From NCBI RefSeq assembly GCF_006345805.1, contig NC_043001.1:92380001-92444000 (forward strand): 64,000 bases of DNA, read 5' to 3'. The first letter of the stretch is position 1. Each line of letters opens with the position of its first letter. A model generated the notes under the pieces. That model ran no database searches and had not been told where the DNA came from. It worked only from the letters and a program-made list of their open reading frames with translations. Origin of the DNA: Octopus sinensis. Lineage: Eukaryota. Position numbers and translations under genes: made by a program. Positions 27,620 through 41,659 of this stretch are shown in pieces.

Positions 27620-27830
27620 TTACATGTTTTTGAGTTATGAAGCAATATGTCGTGATCTTTGAATTTTCTTATTGTTAAATGGAATTTCATCAAACTATTT
27701 CTGTCATATATGACTTTATAGACTCCTTATCGTTTTGCTTTGTGTCGAACTATATATGTTTTTAAGGAGGTTTTATATGTGTTCTACGGATTACTTGAAT
27801 TCATATTGTATATTCATTGCGTATTCGCAG

Positions 27831-28145
27831 ATGATGCAGGTAACCTAAAACCAGTTGGTGGAACAAAGCCTAGAATGCAGAAAGAATTCAGATTGAATTG
27901 TAATATTGGTTCCAGTCCTGATGTCACCTGGTATTATGAAAATGGAGATGTCTTAATGAAATATCGTGATTGTACAGAAATTGGTGGCAACAGCTCTCGT
28001 TTTGCAGGCCGTGCACAATTTACTTGCGAACCCGTGCAAAAGAGGTCTATTTTAACGTTTGTTCCTATCCTTCTCAAAGATGGCAACTTCAGTATTATAT
28101 GCATGACTAACTTTCATGGAAGTGAATACAACATTCGAACAGTCG
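27831..28145 (+). CDS. Exon: V-set-like Ig domain B of the same gene
   Basis: Acceptor attcgcag|AT, donor GTCG|gtatgt. 315 nt, phase 1-1: DAGNLKPVGGTKPRMQKEFRLNCNIGSSPDVTWYYENGDVLMKYRDCTEIGGNSSRFAGRAQFTCEPVQKRSILTFVPILLKDGNFSIICMTNFHGSEYNIRTV. V-set hallmarks LxC, VTWY, RFAGR, SILT and D...C; sequons NSS and NFS. Confidence 0.85.
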
Positions 28146-28354
28146 GTATGTACTTGTTAAAGTTATTTACAATAGCCGAATTTTTGATCATCTCTCATTA
28201 TCTTTCACTGTTCTCTTTCTTTCCTATATATGCATACATGCATACATGCATGCATGCATACATACGTCCATACATATATATATATATATATATATACATA
28301 CATTCAAACATCGGTCTGAAGGAAATTGAAACTGGAATTGTAACATTATTTCTC

Positions 28355-31300
28355 TAACTATGCTCAAAGGTCTCTAGGCATACAGCTCCAAGTATATTTT
28401 TCTTTCCAGAAGCTGAAAACATTCCTCCAATGTTTCTTCCCAATTCTACAAGCCCAGAGCTGGCACGGTCAATGTTGGTAGTATGAAAGATATGTCTGGA
28501 GAGATATCTGAGATGCTTGAGCGGAGAATGTAGATGAATGGTGTGTCTAAGAGACACGATGGAGGGTAGCCTCAACTAGACTGCTTATGGGGAAAGGGTG
28601 AAGATTCAAGGTTTTCTGGCTTGGCAACAATGAACGCCTAAGTAGTGTAGGTATTCTACTAGCAGAGAAATGGATGGATAAAATGATTAAGGTAGTCAGG
28701 GTATGTGATAGGATTATTAATCTAAGAATAGCCTTGTCTGAGGTAACTGTGTCATTTATCTCTGCATATGCTCTGCACGCCGGCCTCGATTCTACGAATC
28801 CCTTCTAAGTACTACTCGACGACGAAAGACGATGGCATTCTCATCATGACAGGAAACTTCAATGGACATGTTGGAAAACACGCTGATGTATTTCGGGGTG
28901 TGCATGACGGTTACAGCTTTGGCTCTAGAAACGAGGAAGAGACAAAGCTGCTGGAGTTTTACGATGCTCATGGCTTACTGGTCTGCAACAGCAGCTCCAG
29001 AAAATATGCCAACCATCTGATTACTTATCAATCTGGGGGTCACATCCGCGATGATGACTACATCCTCACCTAATACAAGGATAGATTTATGTACAAGAAC
29101 AACTCAACATAAGCTAGTGGTTAGTGACTTCAGGCTTAGGGCCAGAAAGATCCTGCGACACAAGCCAATATGAAAAAGGAGGCTGTGAAGTCTCAAAAAT
29201 CCTTTAAACGGGCAGATATTTAGAGATGTCCTCAATGAGGCATATGATGATAAGGAGGGCGACATAAAGATATATAACGTAGAGGAAAACTGAAATGTTC
29301 CACGAGACAATCTATTAAGGGCAACAGACCAAATTTGTGGTTGAAGTGAAGTCTCTACCAGATCAAGGGTGACGTGGTGGTGGAACAGTGACGTTGTTAG
29401 GGCCATAAAAGAGAAGAGGGTCGAGAAAAAAATTGGAAAAAAGTGGGGGGTGTAGCATAGACTCATATCAGAAGGTTAAAAGATGTGCTAGACGTAAGGT
29501 TTATTCAGCTAAGGTAGAAGTAGAAAACAAAAGGTTTTTCAATGCCCTACAGCGTGGACATCAGAGATTTGGGTGCGTCAATGAGAATCGAGATATGGTA
29601 ATAGAGAAGTGTGTGTGTGGATGAATAACGGTATGCTTGCACTTTATTGATGTGGATAAGAAAGAGGCACGGAAAAGTCACTATGCGAGACTGTTGATTG
29701 TAGAGAATGATGGGATAAATGGAGCCTCCCTCATCTGGACCTGAAAGTATGGTAGATAAGGCGATTAAAACCATGAAAATCCTGAAAGCCCATGGTCCAT
29801 CTGGAATCACAGTTCAGATGCTCAAACTATCCGGTAAGGTAGGATATCGGTTGGTTACCTGCATAATTAATCAGGTCCTTCAGGAAGATGTATTACCAGT
29901 GTCTAGCGTAGCAGCATAACTGTTAGCTGCTACAAGGATAAGGGTGACGCTTTAGATAAAAGCAATTATAGAGGCATCAAGCTCCTGAACCAAGTGATGA
30001 AAATTACGGGGAGAGTTACAGCCCAATTAACTAGCACCAGAATTAGGCTAGACGAAATGCAGTTCGGCTTCGTCTGGAGAAGAAACACTACTGACGCAAC
30101 TTCAAGAAAAGTACTTAGTTAAGAATATATCATTATACGAAGTGTTATCAAAAAGGTCCCGGATTAGTTATGTTTAGTAAAGAAATAAATTATTTACCTA
30201 AGTTTTACCATTATCTTTTTCGAAATAATCACATTGTGTTCCTGTCATTTCAAATCCAGCCTGGAAGTCATTTTCCATGAGTCGAAGACCTTGCGCGATT
30301 CGCTCTGGGTCTCGACAACGGTGTTAAAACAACCACCTTTGAGCTGCATTTTCACCATGAGATAGTGATGGAAGTCTGTGTGTGCTAAATCTGGCGAATA
30401 GGGCGTGTACAGAAGCGATAGCGTGTGGTCTTTAGCGAGAAACTCATAAGTGAAAAGGGCTCGATCACAAGTTGCGTTGTCATCGTGAAAAATCCAGTTA
30501 TTCGCGCTGCACAAATCCGGTCGCTTTCGCAGAATTTCCTCTTTCAAACGCTTCAAACGTCGCAGTAGGACTCTCGATTGACGGTCAGGCTCTGGGAGAC
30601 GAATTCTCGATGCAAAATACCAAAGATATCGAAAACAAATGAATGAGAATGCTCTTGATTAAGCAGCAGCTTTGTCATGCGCCTGTGCCACTCCAAACAT
30701 TGCGTGCAATCCATTACTTCGCCACCGTAAGCTTGCCGAAGCATACTCAATGTCTCTGTAGCAGATTTTCCATTTTTATCGCTAAATTTCACGTTGAATC
30801 TTTGTTACAACTTCCTGTCCATGACAAAAATCGCAAATTATAGCAACACGTGAGTTTACTACTTGTGAAGTAAACACTGCTATGTCACTCGGAACACTGC
30901 ATCATGAAGATTACTGCTAGCTCTCACTGTGCACTGTGCTGCCAACTGTTGGCACACTACAGAACTAATGCAGGAAGTTTTTGATACCATCTCGTACCTG
31001 GCATTCGTTGATCTAGAGAAAGTCTTTGATAGAGCTCCCTGCTGTGAAATATGATGGGCTCTGAGGAGGCTAAATATAGACGAGTGGCTTGTGAAAGCTG
31101 TACAGATCATGTACAGAGACGCTGCCAGTAAAGTAAGAGTTAACCAAGAAACAGTGAAGAATTTGGCGTACAGGTATGGGGCTCATCAAGGTACAGTCCT
31201 TAGTCCCCTTTTTTTTCATCATTGTCTCCCAGCCATAACAGAGGGATGTATGACGGCAACTCCTGGTAACTATTATATGCCGATTATCTTGCCCTCATAC

Positions 31301-31690
31301 CGGATTCCATGTCAGAGCTCGACGAGAAATTCCAAGCGTGGAAGTAAAACCTGGAATCTACAGGTCACAAAGTTAACTTAGCAAAGATTAAGGTCCTAGC
31401 AGGTAAGAAAACTGATAGGACCCAATCCGCATCAGATAGGAACGGTGTAAGCAGCAACTCATACGGTGTACCAAGTGAAAGCTATGGACACACAAGAGAT
31501 GCAGTGGATTAACAGGAACGTTATCAGAGAAAATGTGAAAGATGCACAGGATCCATAAAAACGTGACTCGGGAAATGGATTCTCTTAAATGATTTGGTGG
31601 CTCATTAGAAGTAAGAAATACTTTCTGATACCTAAGGAACCAAGTTAGATGTGGGGGAGAATGCACAGAGAGTATGATAGAATAAGAATA
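28355..31690 (+). mobile_element. Degenerate RTE-clade LINE (APE + RT) interrupted by a mariner
   Basis: GNFNGHVG, KAHGPSGI, NYRGIKLL, YLAFVDLEKVFDR, YADYL; many stops. Confidence 0.85.
30138..30994 (-). mobile_element. Mariner (Tc1/mariner) remnant
   Basis: Imperfect ~30-bp TIRs with TA duplication; HDDNA..., PYSPDLAHTDFH, and HTH KSATETLSMLRQAYG. Confidence 0.9.
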
Positions 31691-33075
31691 GAAGCGTAAA
31701 TGCTGGTAGAGAAAGCTGTACTCGGAGACTGCAAGAGTAGGAAAACAAACTTAGCTTTGTCATAGATAGATTATCCTAAAGTATACGATTGGATCCCACA
31801 TTCTTGGATTGTGGAATGTATGAACCTATTTGGTATTGCATCGAACATTGAGCGGTTGCTTGGAAAAAGTATGGCGAAGTGGAGGATGGAACTGACAGCA
31901 TATGGAAGAAGTTTAGGGACAATAGAAATCTAGAGAGGCAGCATCCAAACTACCTGTTTCCACTGATCTTTGTACTGTGCTTGATATCACTAACACTGAT
32001 TCTGAGGAAAGCAAAGGCTGGGTATGTATTCAAGAGCCGCCAACAAAAAGTCAGCTACTCGTTATTCGTGAACGACTTCAAACTTTGTGGTAAAAAGGGA
32101 TCCCAAGTTAGTTCCCTCGTTGATACGGTGTATACTATTAGTGCTGATATCAGAATGGAATTCGGACTGAAAGAGGCAAAATTAAATGTATGGATGGGCT
32201 AGCGATAACGACGCGGGGAGTGGGAGTTATGAAGCGAATAGAAGAGACGGGCTATAAGTACTTGGGGATATTGGAAATGTAGAAATTGATGGAGAAAGAT
32301 ATGATAGAAAAACTTAAGGTGAAGTACTTGCGCAGACTGAGACTGATCCTAAAGTTGAAATTAAACGGACGGAATAAAATTGAAGCTATCAACATCTGGC
32401 CGGCTTCACTCTTTAGATATGGAGCAGGGGTAATCGCGTGGACAGCAAACGAACTAAGCAGCTTAGACAGAGAGACAAGGAAGTTACTGACTCAATATGG
32501 GATACTCCACCCAAAAAGTGACACAAACAGACTGTATGTACCAAGAAAAAGAGGAGGAAGAGGACTTATTGGATGCGAACACAGCATTAGAGCAGAAGAA
32601 AACAACATATCATGGTGTGTAAAAAATACCACAGAACCGCTATCATTGGGAGTAAGAAGGTCAGGTTTGTATAGGATGGAAGATTGCAAAGATAAAGCAC
32701 TGTACAAACACTTCAAAATGAATGAAACTGAAAATAGGTGGATAAAGAAAAGAATGTATGAACAATTTCATAGGGATATTGAAGATAAGACAGACAGACA
32801 GACAGAGAAAAAAAGCTGGCTATGGATGACTAAAAGTGATTTATAACCGGAAACGGAGGCTCTAATCTGTGCTGCATAAGAACAAGCATTAAGAACCAAT
32901 TACATCAAATACAGAATATACAACACATCTGAAAGTGATAAGTGCAAAATTTGTGTACAAAATGGTGAAACCGTATGCCATATTACCAGTCAATATACGC
33001 CACTAGCTCAGAAAGAATATAAGAGACGTCATGACAGCCGAGGAAGGTATTGTAACAAGTATGGACTCGAAAAAT
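31690..33075 (+). mobile_element. Degenerate R4/Dong-like RT fragment
   Basis: FPLIFVLCL, LHPKSDTNRLYVPRKRGGRGL, CKIC finger, RRHD. Confidence 0.8.
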
Positions 33076-33479
33076 AGGAAATAAGGATTGTGATGGGATC
33101 TCCTGGTTCAAGAGAACCTCTTGGGATAATCAAGGAGCCCCACCATCCAAAATCACCCAGATTACCAAGGACAAGAACCACTCCATCTTTCTTCCGACTC
33201 ACAGGACTACACTGAGAGTGACTGAGAGTGTTACCATCCACTCTTGCCATTTTTAAAACTTTCACCCACCTCTTGATGAATTAACTCTAGGGCAGCACCT
33301 CCCTCCCCAACCTCACTTTCATTAAGACGACGCAGGAGACCCGGTAGTTGTTGGCAACAGCTACCGGATCTCTTACTTCATTTTACTGATCATACGCCCT
33401 CTGATAAATATGTCTCCAGGTGTGTGTGACAGCACGGAGGACCTCCTCCAGAATCAATGAGTGCAACCATGCCCACGAC

Positions 33480-35140
33480 CTGACGGGATGTATAATAAGC
33501 AGTATGGACGCAGTGTCCTAATACCCATCCATTGATGTTGATTTTGCTGCGGAGAAAAGTGTGGAGGTGATCAGCGAGAGTGATGTGGAGTTTCGTGCTG
33601 TTGACACTGAAGAACTAGGCCTCCTCCTGAGACCAACACGCGGCAATGTTAATTTAGATAAACATGAACTTAGTTGTTTCTCTCCCACTAGATCGATAAG
33701 CAGTAGACCCATCCCCACTGAAACTTCTATTGCCAAGAACACCCCTAAAGATATGGAACGGGTGGACCAGAACTATACGGATCCCCGAAAATAATGATCA
33801 GATTAAAAAGAAGGCCGCTCGCACATGCGGTGTGTGCGATGACCAAGACTACACTCAAGAGCCATATATTTAAGTTCAATAACAAGATATAAGCCCAAGT
33901 GGAAGGTGCGGCCATCGGTGTCAGTATTGCTGGAGATGTGGCTAACCTATTTATGGTATGGTGGGATAAGAGACATAAAGAGAAATTAGCAGAGAACTCT
34001 ATAAACCTAGCCATCTACTCCCGCTACGTGGATGATATCAACATAGTAGCCAGAGCACCCCTACAAGACAATGTTGATGATCTAGAAGCTAACACTATGG
34101 CGAGCATCCAGCAAATAGCTAACTCCATCCACCGGAGTATAGAAATAACGATAGACTACTGTAGTAAGCACCCTAACTATACATTACTCGTTTTAGACAC
34201 TGAACTCTCATTAGAAACGAAGAACGGTAAGTTCCAGATCCTTCAGCCTCATTATACCATGGCCTTTAAGTACCTTGTTCACAAGAACACAGTGATTACG
34301 GAAACGTCAAGTTCAACATTGTGGGAGCTGACTTGGTGAGAGTGATGAGGAAAGTGTCTTGCATGTGCGACGCTATGGAAGTGGAAAGACATACAACACT
34401 TCATCCACCGCATGCAGTCCTGTGGCTACAACCAAAGGAACAGGATTAGGGTGTACAAAGGAGCCAAGACTAAGTACAAAGCCATCATACAGAGTGATGT
34501 TAAGGGGATCCCCCCGCTGTGCAGGAGTAAATCCTGGAACAACACGGAAAGGACCAGTAATAAGATGAATAATGCCAACATTTGGTATGATAACAAAAAA
34601 TACCAGAGCGTCATGTTCGTTTATGCGGCGAACTAGCAATCCTTTTAAGAAAAATATTAAGCTAATCTACGAATTAAAGTAGTAGAGAGGCTCTGCCCCT
34701 TTAAAATCCCCGATCTTTAATACCTATAGCTTTGATAAGTCCCCCTATACGAAGTAAAATTATGCTGTATGTAGGATGAACTCACAGGCTAACTGTAAGG
34801 TTAGGAATGTAGTGTATAGCCTACAGTATACCGAGGGGCGGTGCAGAAACATGACAATTACCTACAAAGGAGAGACTGCACGCAGCATAGGAGAGCATAT
34901 AGTTGAACATTGGCGAGAGCTCAAAGAAGGGAAAAGCTCGTCGGTGCTCTACCAACATGCTCAAGCAGAATAATAGCATAGCGGTTAAAGTACTATCGAC
35001 ACATGGAACTGACACGACACTTAGACGGATTACAGAGGTTACGCACATATCAGTAGACAGACTGAGCCTCAATAGAAAACATGAATGGAACAGTAACACC
35101 CACCACCACACCACATGGCTAAAAACAGTAGGGATGTGAA
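33480..35140 (+). mobile_element. Degenerate Penelope-like element (RT + GIY-YIG)
   Basis: GAAIG..ANLFM, SRYVDDI, VVYSLQ..YKGETARSIGEHIVEH. Confidence 0.8.
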
Positions 35141-36263
35141 GAGAGAGGGAAAGAGGAAAAAACCGTAAATAGGGTAATACACACACAATACACATATATA
35201 CACTTACTTGTGATACTTATAAGAAACAGAGATATATGTATAAAAAAATTAGTAAATAAATGTATAAGTAAATATATAAATATATAAATACATCTGCCAC
35301 ATACCTGTGATAAATGTAAGTCAGAGATAGATAAAATAAATAAGTAAAATTATATAAAGGACATGGACACATACGAAGCGGACCCATACACATATACAAA
35401 TACACATATATGAAACTTCATGGACGGCCATAACGATGTCAACAACACAACTAACATGGTCAGGAGCAGCGGCGGTGCCAATGATCGCAATAACAACAAA
35501 AGCCACGATAGCAACACCGTGGGCGAAAACACATACACAGAGGAATACAGGAACTGTGCTATTGCTTTGGGGGCGGGGTGTCTTAGGACAGCAGCAGCAC
35601 AATGGGATGAGAGGCTGAGGCTGAGGGAAGGTCACACTACTGCTAAAAATTATGACACATACACAAGCATATACACTCAGATACACCCACACCCACATAC
35701 ACACACATGCACACACAAGCGTGCACAAGCGCGTGTGCAGATAACAATACACATCGTAGAGGAACAGAAAGTAGTAAGCGGAGCAAGAAAACACACGCAA
35801 ACGAAAAGTATCACTGAAGAGGTCACAGGTGTGTAACGTAAGATTTCTGGACAATGGACATGAGTTAAAATAATAAGATAAGAACAGTAATAAACGAGTG
35901 AAGGAAAAATATATAGTGCGTGTGTTTATTTGTCAAATAAATAAGTAAATAAAATGACTATCCCGAAAAACAACACTGTATGTAGATATATAGAAAAGAG
36001 ATAGAAAGTTGTATTGGGTAAACTATATTTTAATAAATTTCTGTTGGTCTGATACCTTAATCTGATTATTAGCTCATTATGTAGATTAATTAGACCTAAT
36101 TTGCACCTCAGAATTTCGAACACCTCTGTAGATTATAAGTTACGTCTACTATCACCTGTGTCATAAATTAAAGAGAAACCGGGAAAAGGAGTGATTGACA
36201 TTATTTGCTTTCAAGTTCCAGAACAAGCTGTCCTCCGTTTACATGAATTTCTTTTAATTACAG

Positions 36264-36569
36264 ACACAAGAAAATTAACTACTAGTAATGTAGTTGGTAC
36301 TACATATATTCAAGGAGATAGAACAGCAACATTCGTATGCCCTTTAGACGAGGGAGACTCACTTTCTCAGTGGAAAGGAGACAACTTTACAGCCAACTGT
36401 TCCGGATCAAATTCTAGAAATCAGTTAAAATTTTTTGCAATCAATATAACATGTGACCCGAAGAGTTCAACTTTAGTCCTCATGATTTCCCATCGGGTAT
36501 CTAAAATGGAAATGTTTTGTGACAGTTACTTAAAGAAAAGAAAAGTATTTAAAGTAACAACACCTGAGT
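36264..36569 (+). CDS. Exon: Ig-like domain A2 of the same gene
   Basis: Acceptor ttttaattacag|AC, donor GAGT|gtaagt. 306 nt, phase 1-1: TRKLTTSNVVGTTYIQGDRTATFVCPLDEGDSLSQWKGDNFTANCSGSNSRNQLKFFAINITCDPKSSTLVLMISHRVSKMEMFCDSYLKKRKVFKVTTPE. Nearly the same Cys/Trp spacing as domain A1; sequons NFT, NCS, NIT. Confidence 0.8.
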
Positions 36570-36929
36570 GTAAGTCTGATTTTTTGATTTTTGATTTTCC
36601 AGTTTCAGCTAATGAGCTGTGGCCATGCTGGGGCACCGCCAGTACATTTAATATGTATAATTTCCCAATACATCCTCTTTTACTCATATAACATAATAAC
36701 GTTTCAAATAATGCTATCTTCCCTGGCATTGACATTCCTATATAATAATCTAAAGCGTTACTGTAAACTCAGGCAACTAGATACACTGCAGGACAAACTC
36801 TGATGAAAGTGAAAAAACTGCCAAAATGAACACCTTGCAGACCAATACCTTTGACTATTTTTCCTTATAGATTCATTATTGGCAAATAGAAAATCATATA
36901 CGAAAACCTACTGAAATGTTTAACATTTA

Positions 36930-38400
36930 ATCTTTATTTCTTATTCTATGTGTTCTTTCCAGCATTATTCTTCTGTTTTCGTTCTGCAATTCCCATCTTC
37001 TCCATCTATCAACTTGTCCTTAAAGTATTTTTATCTTTGTTTCTCACAAATTCGTCTGCGCCAGTATGGTTCTCTACGTTCTGTTTGTTCTTCTTTTGTA
37101 CCCAACTCTGTCTGTAGCAACCATAGCTGCAGCCCAAATAATCTTGTTAGTTTCAGTTATATTTCTCGTCTGGAATAGCCCAAGGGCTGAATCTATCTTT
37201 TCGGTTTCAACTTTGAGCTTGTATTGATCAATGTACCTCAGATTTCAGAGGTGGGTGCTTGATCCTGGTTATCTCTAATACATCGGCACAGCATCCTCAC
37301 TGTTTCTTGTTGATCATCATCGTATTCTTTTGATATAACACTTCCTATTACTTCAGGTTCATTTGCTGAGAGTGCATTTACATTTACAATTTGCTCTGTC
37401 TTCACTACCGCCTTTCATTTTTCTGTTCTCAATGGGAACGATATCTGATGAAGTATTATTTCTATCTTTTACTTTCCTTTTTATCTCTCCTATTTCTATG
37501 TCTGTTAACCACCCTTTTGCTCTTATTGCTCTTGCCTGGTCGGCTAACCGTTGCTCACTTGTCTCGAAGCGTCCTATCCCATTCCATTTTGTTTTCATTC
37601 GTTGTCGGAATCCCCTTCTGCTGGGTTCACTCTTGATCCAGCATCCAATTATCGTTCGGTTTGTCTTCTTATCTCATCTTCTTCTCTGCCTCTGACTTTG
37701 TGTACAAGCAGTCTTTGATGACGACTAGGCCTGTGCAACTCAACCACAGAGCACCTGCCGGACGAAAGGCTTTCACCTTTGGTTCCAGCCTCATTAACAC
37801 CATTATTTGATATATTTATTTTATACATCTTTATTATACATACCTATTGAGGTATGTGTTTTAAGGTTAGCCAACAACCGGTATTTTTATCGAGACACCA
37901 TCTCTAATAAGATTGTCAACCAAGACTGCAAAGTTGGATCTGTTCCCTTTGCATTTCTGTGTGTTGGGGATCATGATCGTGATTCTCAATAGGAGACAGG
38001 TGAGCGTAATTTGGTCCCGTATCTTCATCCAAATATTGCTCCAGAGTTAAGTCCCTATTCGCGGTTCATTCGCCTTCATCCCAGGCATGAAGCCGTTGGA
38101 CAGGTTGTCACCACTTTGAATACGGAGTCCAATCTACCCCAGTTTTAAATCAGAATGTTTCTACTCCTAGACAGACTGCCAATCAAGGCTCACGAGTTCT
38201 GTCAACCTGTTTTCGGAATGGCCATTGATTCTTTTGAGTTCCTCTGCCCTTTGTCGGGTTTTGTATTTTATCTCGTGGGTCTCGAAAATCCACCCTTGTC
38301 ATCAAGCAAACTTAGTGGAGTTGCCGGTTTAGTCGCTGATGACTCGACGATTTCACAATGCTACTTGTTTATCATTCCGGGTAATTATCAATCTGGGTAA
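36930..38400 (-). mobile_element. 5' part (UTR and N-terminal domain) of an R4/Dong-like element
   Basis: SEQRLADQARAIRAKGWLTDIEI resembles the R4-clade N-terminus. Confidence 0.6.
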
Positions 38401-38769
38401 TTGTTTACTTGTTTACTATTATATATTTCTTTATTGCCCTCAAGGGGCTAAACATAGAGGGGACAAATAAGGACAGACAAAGTGATTAAGTCGATTACAT
38501 CGGCCCCAGTGCGTAACTGGTACTTTATTTATCGACCCCGAAAAGATGAAAGGCAAAGTCGAACTCGACGGAATTTGAACTCAGAACGTAACGGCAGACA
38601 AAATACGGCTACGCATATCTCCCGGCATGCTAACGTTTCTGCCAGCTCGCCGTGTTGTTTACTATTATAATTACACTATTACTACTATAATCCCTATCTT
38701 ATTATTTACTTGTTCACTACTATAGTTTCACAATTATCACTATACTTATATCATTACTATAAGGCCTAG

Positions 38770-39345
38770 AAGTCCTAATATTGTCTCCCCTGATTTCTTT
38801 AGACAATAGAGTGGATGAAAACTCGGCCATATCTGCAATAGAGTGGATGAAACCATTGCACATATCACAAACGAATGCCCTAGATTTGCCCCAAACCACT
38901 ACAAGTTGTGACGACACGACCAAGTAGTGAAAGTGCTACATTGAAAATTGTGAAGAGTGGGAGCTAGAGAGAAGCAAGACGTGGTATGAGCACAAACCGC
39001 AGAGATTGGCGGAGTCGGAGACAAACAAAACTCTCTGGGATTTCCTATTCCAAACAGAATAGGTGCTAGAGCATAACAGACCGGACCTGGTGGTAGTGGA
39101 CAAAATGTACCACATGTGCTATATAGTTGATGTCGCATATCCCTTTGACCCACGAACAGCAAAAAAGAAGGCGAAAAAATAAATAAATGCCACCCTCTTG
39201 AGTACGAAATAGCCCTGCTATGGAAAGTGAAGAAGGTAAAAAAGTGCCAATTATTGTTGGCTCCTTGGGAACAGTATTAGAAGGCATCAAGAGAAATATC
39301 AAGGAAAATGGAATAGAGTACCCAACAGAACTGTTACAAAATAAC
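38770..39345 (+). mobile_element. R4/Dong-like RLE fragment
   Basis: RRHDQV, LWDFL, HNRPDLVVVD, KVPIIVGSLG. Confidence 0.7.
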
Positions 39346-40128
39346 AATTACCATAATAATTATACTAATTATAACAAGAACACCATTAGTTTCTGTAAAA
39401 ATAGAATTACAAATCTGGTAATAATTATGAGTATGACAGTATTAAGAAGTGCAGCGTGGAAGGTGTTTATACGCCATTTAAGAAACACACAAAAACCGTT
39501 AGATTCACTTCAACACTTAAATTTAATTTGCCAAAATATTTTCGTCGCTTTGAGACCGTGACCTGTTCACTAACAAAATTCCGTGCTGCATCAGTTACGT
39601 ACTGGGGTCGATCTAATCGACTGGTCCCAACTCTCCAAAAATTTCGGTCCTTTTGCCTAGATTAGAAATGAATTTATTGTCTGATACCTAAAAAATCTGC
39701 CATCCCCCTTCTCTTATTCACCTATTTTGTTTTTATTTGTTTATTTTCTCAATGTTAACTGAGATCATCTAAAGTTTAAATACCAAACTGACTTTCCTTA
39801 AGATATATTTCATCTCAGCTTGCTATCTTTCTACCATCCCTCTCCTTGTATTTAATTACTTCCTTGTATTGATCCTAAAATTTCAGTTCTTATTTGATTT
39901 TCAAGTATGTATATCGCCTCGAAAAAGTTATGTTAACATAAATTTTTAGACATACCTGATATCAGAGTCAATTCAGTTTGAAACGACTTGTGCATTGTAT
40001 CATTCGTTTATTATACTTAAAGATACTTACAAAGCTGAAACGCATGATGGCCTTTTCTGTGGTGTAATCTCGTGTTAAAAGAGTGTTATTCTCCATTCTA
40101 GTTAATGTCTTTTTATAATATAAAGATA

Positions 40129-41042
40129 AGATGGGGTACCCAAAAGTAACCGGAAGCATTCTTTGTGGAACAATACCGTTGTAGTTCAGGCTTTCATTGC
40201 TAGAAGCCACTTTATGCGACACTCAAGTATCGGTCTGCTGACCAGCGTTGTCTGCTGACCAGCGTTGTCTGCTGACCGGCCATGTGGTGCGTCTTTGTTA
40301 TGCAGAGTTTCTCCCTTGTTCGTCGATTTTTGCGATGGCTGGAAGGAAGGAACAGCGTCATACTTTTGTGAAATTCTGTTTTCTGCTAGGGAAAATGGCA
40401 GCTGAAACAGTTGTGTTGCTTCATAGAGCTTACAAGGGCGCTGTTAACAAAACATAAGTTCACGAGTGGTTTTCCCGCATTGGGAATGGTCATTTGTTGC
40501 TTGATGGCCAACCTCGTCCAGGGCGACTGTCGACATCCTGAATGAATGAAAGCATCATGAAAATTCATGAACTGATGTTGGAGGAGCGTCACGAACAACT
40601 GAAGAACTTGCTGATATGACTGGTGTCTTCTGGAGCTCCTGCCAACGAATTTTGGGCGAGGAATTGCGAATGAAAATATTTGCAGCAAAATTTGTGCCTC
40701 GTTTGCTCAAGGATGATCAAAAACAGTCACGACTGAATGCGTGTTCTGAACCGAAAGAACAGCTGGAAGTTGATCCGGACCTTTTTTCGAAGGTTATGAC
40801 TGTTTACGAAAACTGGTGTTACGGAATTTGAAGATGTGGGAGAGGTGAAGAAAAAAACGACAAATGCGTTAAAAGGCATCACTTCGCAAGAATTCCAGCA
40901 ATTCTTCGGATAGTGGAAACTGTGCCTGAACTGATGCATTGGTTCCAATGGAGACTACTTTCAAGGCGGTATAAGTGTAAGCGAGTAAAACTAAGTGAAT
41001 AAAATAATATTGCAAAATCCCGGTTTCTTTGGGTGCCTCTCG
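40129..41042 (+). mobile_element. Mariner remnant
   Basis: Imperfect TIRs (ggggtacccaaaagtaaccgg / cccggtttctttgggtgcctctcg) with TA ends; FVKFCFLLGKMAAET, AKFVPRLL, MTVYENWCYG. Confidence 0.88.
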
Positions 41043-41342
41043 TACATATATGTGTACGAATCTCCTCATGTGATCTTATGATGGGTATCTCGTTAAATAA
41101 ACACTGTCTCGCTCGGTTTTAATACTGCACGTTGCTAGCGACTATGTTTAAACCAATTTCCGTCTCTCTCATTTGTTACATACTCAATGTACACTGAGGA
41201 GATACCGTGATAGATCCAACAACTATTGTAAAAGTACTGTGGATGACATCAGGTAGCCATAGGGCAGTGAACGGCATCATCAGCTTACTACTAGATACAG
41301 ACCCAACACTTAAATATTTATTCATATGTGTGTATGTATATA

Positions 41343-41382
<40 letters not shown>

Positions 41383-41659
41383 TGTATTTATGTATACATT
41401 CGTGCGTGTGTGTGTGTCTATCTTTATATTTTCGATAAATGAACTTAAATAAAACGTTGAATGATTATCAAACTTTTCTTAATTCCCATTATTTTGTTTA
41501 TATATTTATTTGTATCTATCTCATATATATTTTCAAATGTGACTGCTTGTTAAATATTCCTTATTTTTAAAAGAATGTTACTGTAATAATTTTGCTTACA
41601 CTTTCGTGAAACTCTATAAAGAGTGGATTGTTAATATCACTACCGTCTTTCTTTTGTAG

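Noticed and set aside
27740-28357. 205-aa and 166-aa (36191-36691) ORFs as single-exon genes
   Set aside because: Only the internal splice-bounded parts look coding; the flanks are intronic read-through.
35420-35836. 138-aa ORF MDGHNDVNNTT...
   Set aside because: Low complexity, no motif or convincing splice sites, and adjacent to a Penelope 3' region; likely part of that repeat.
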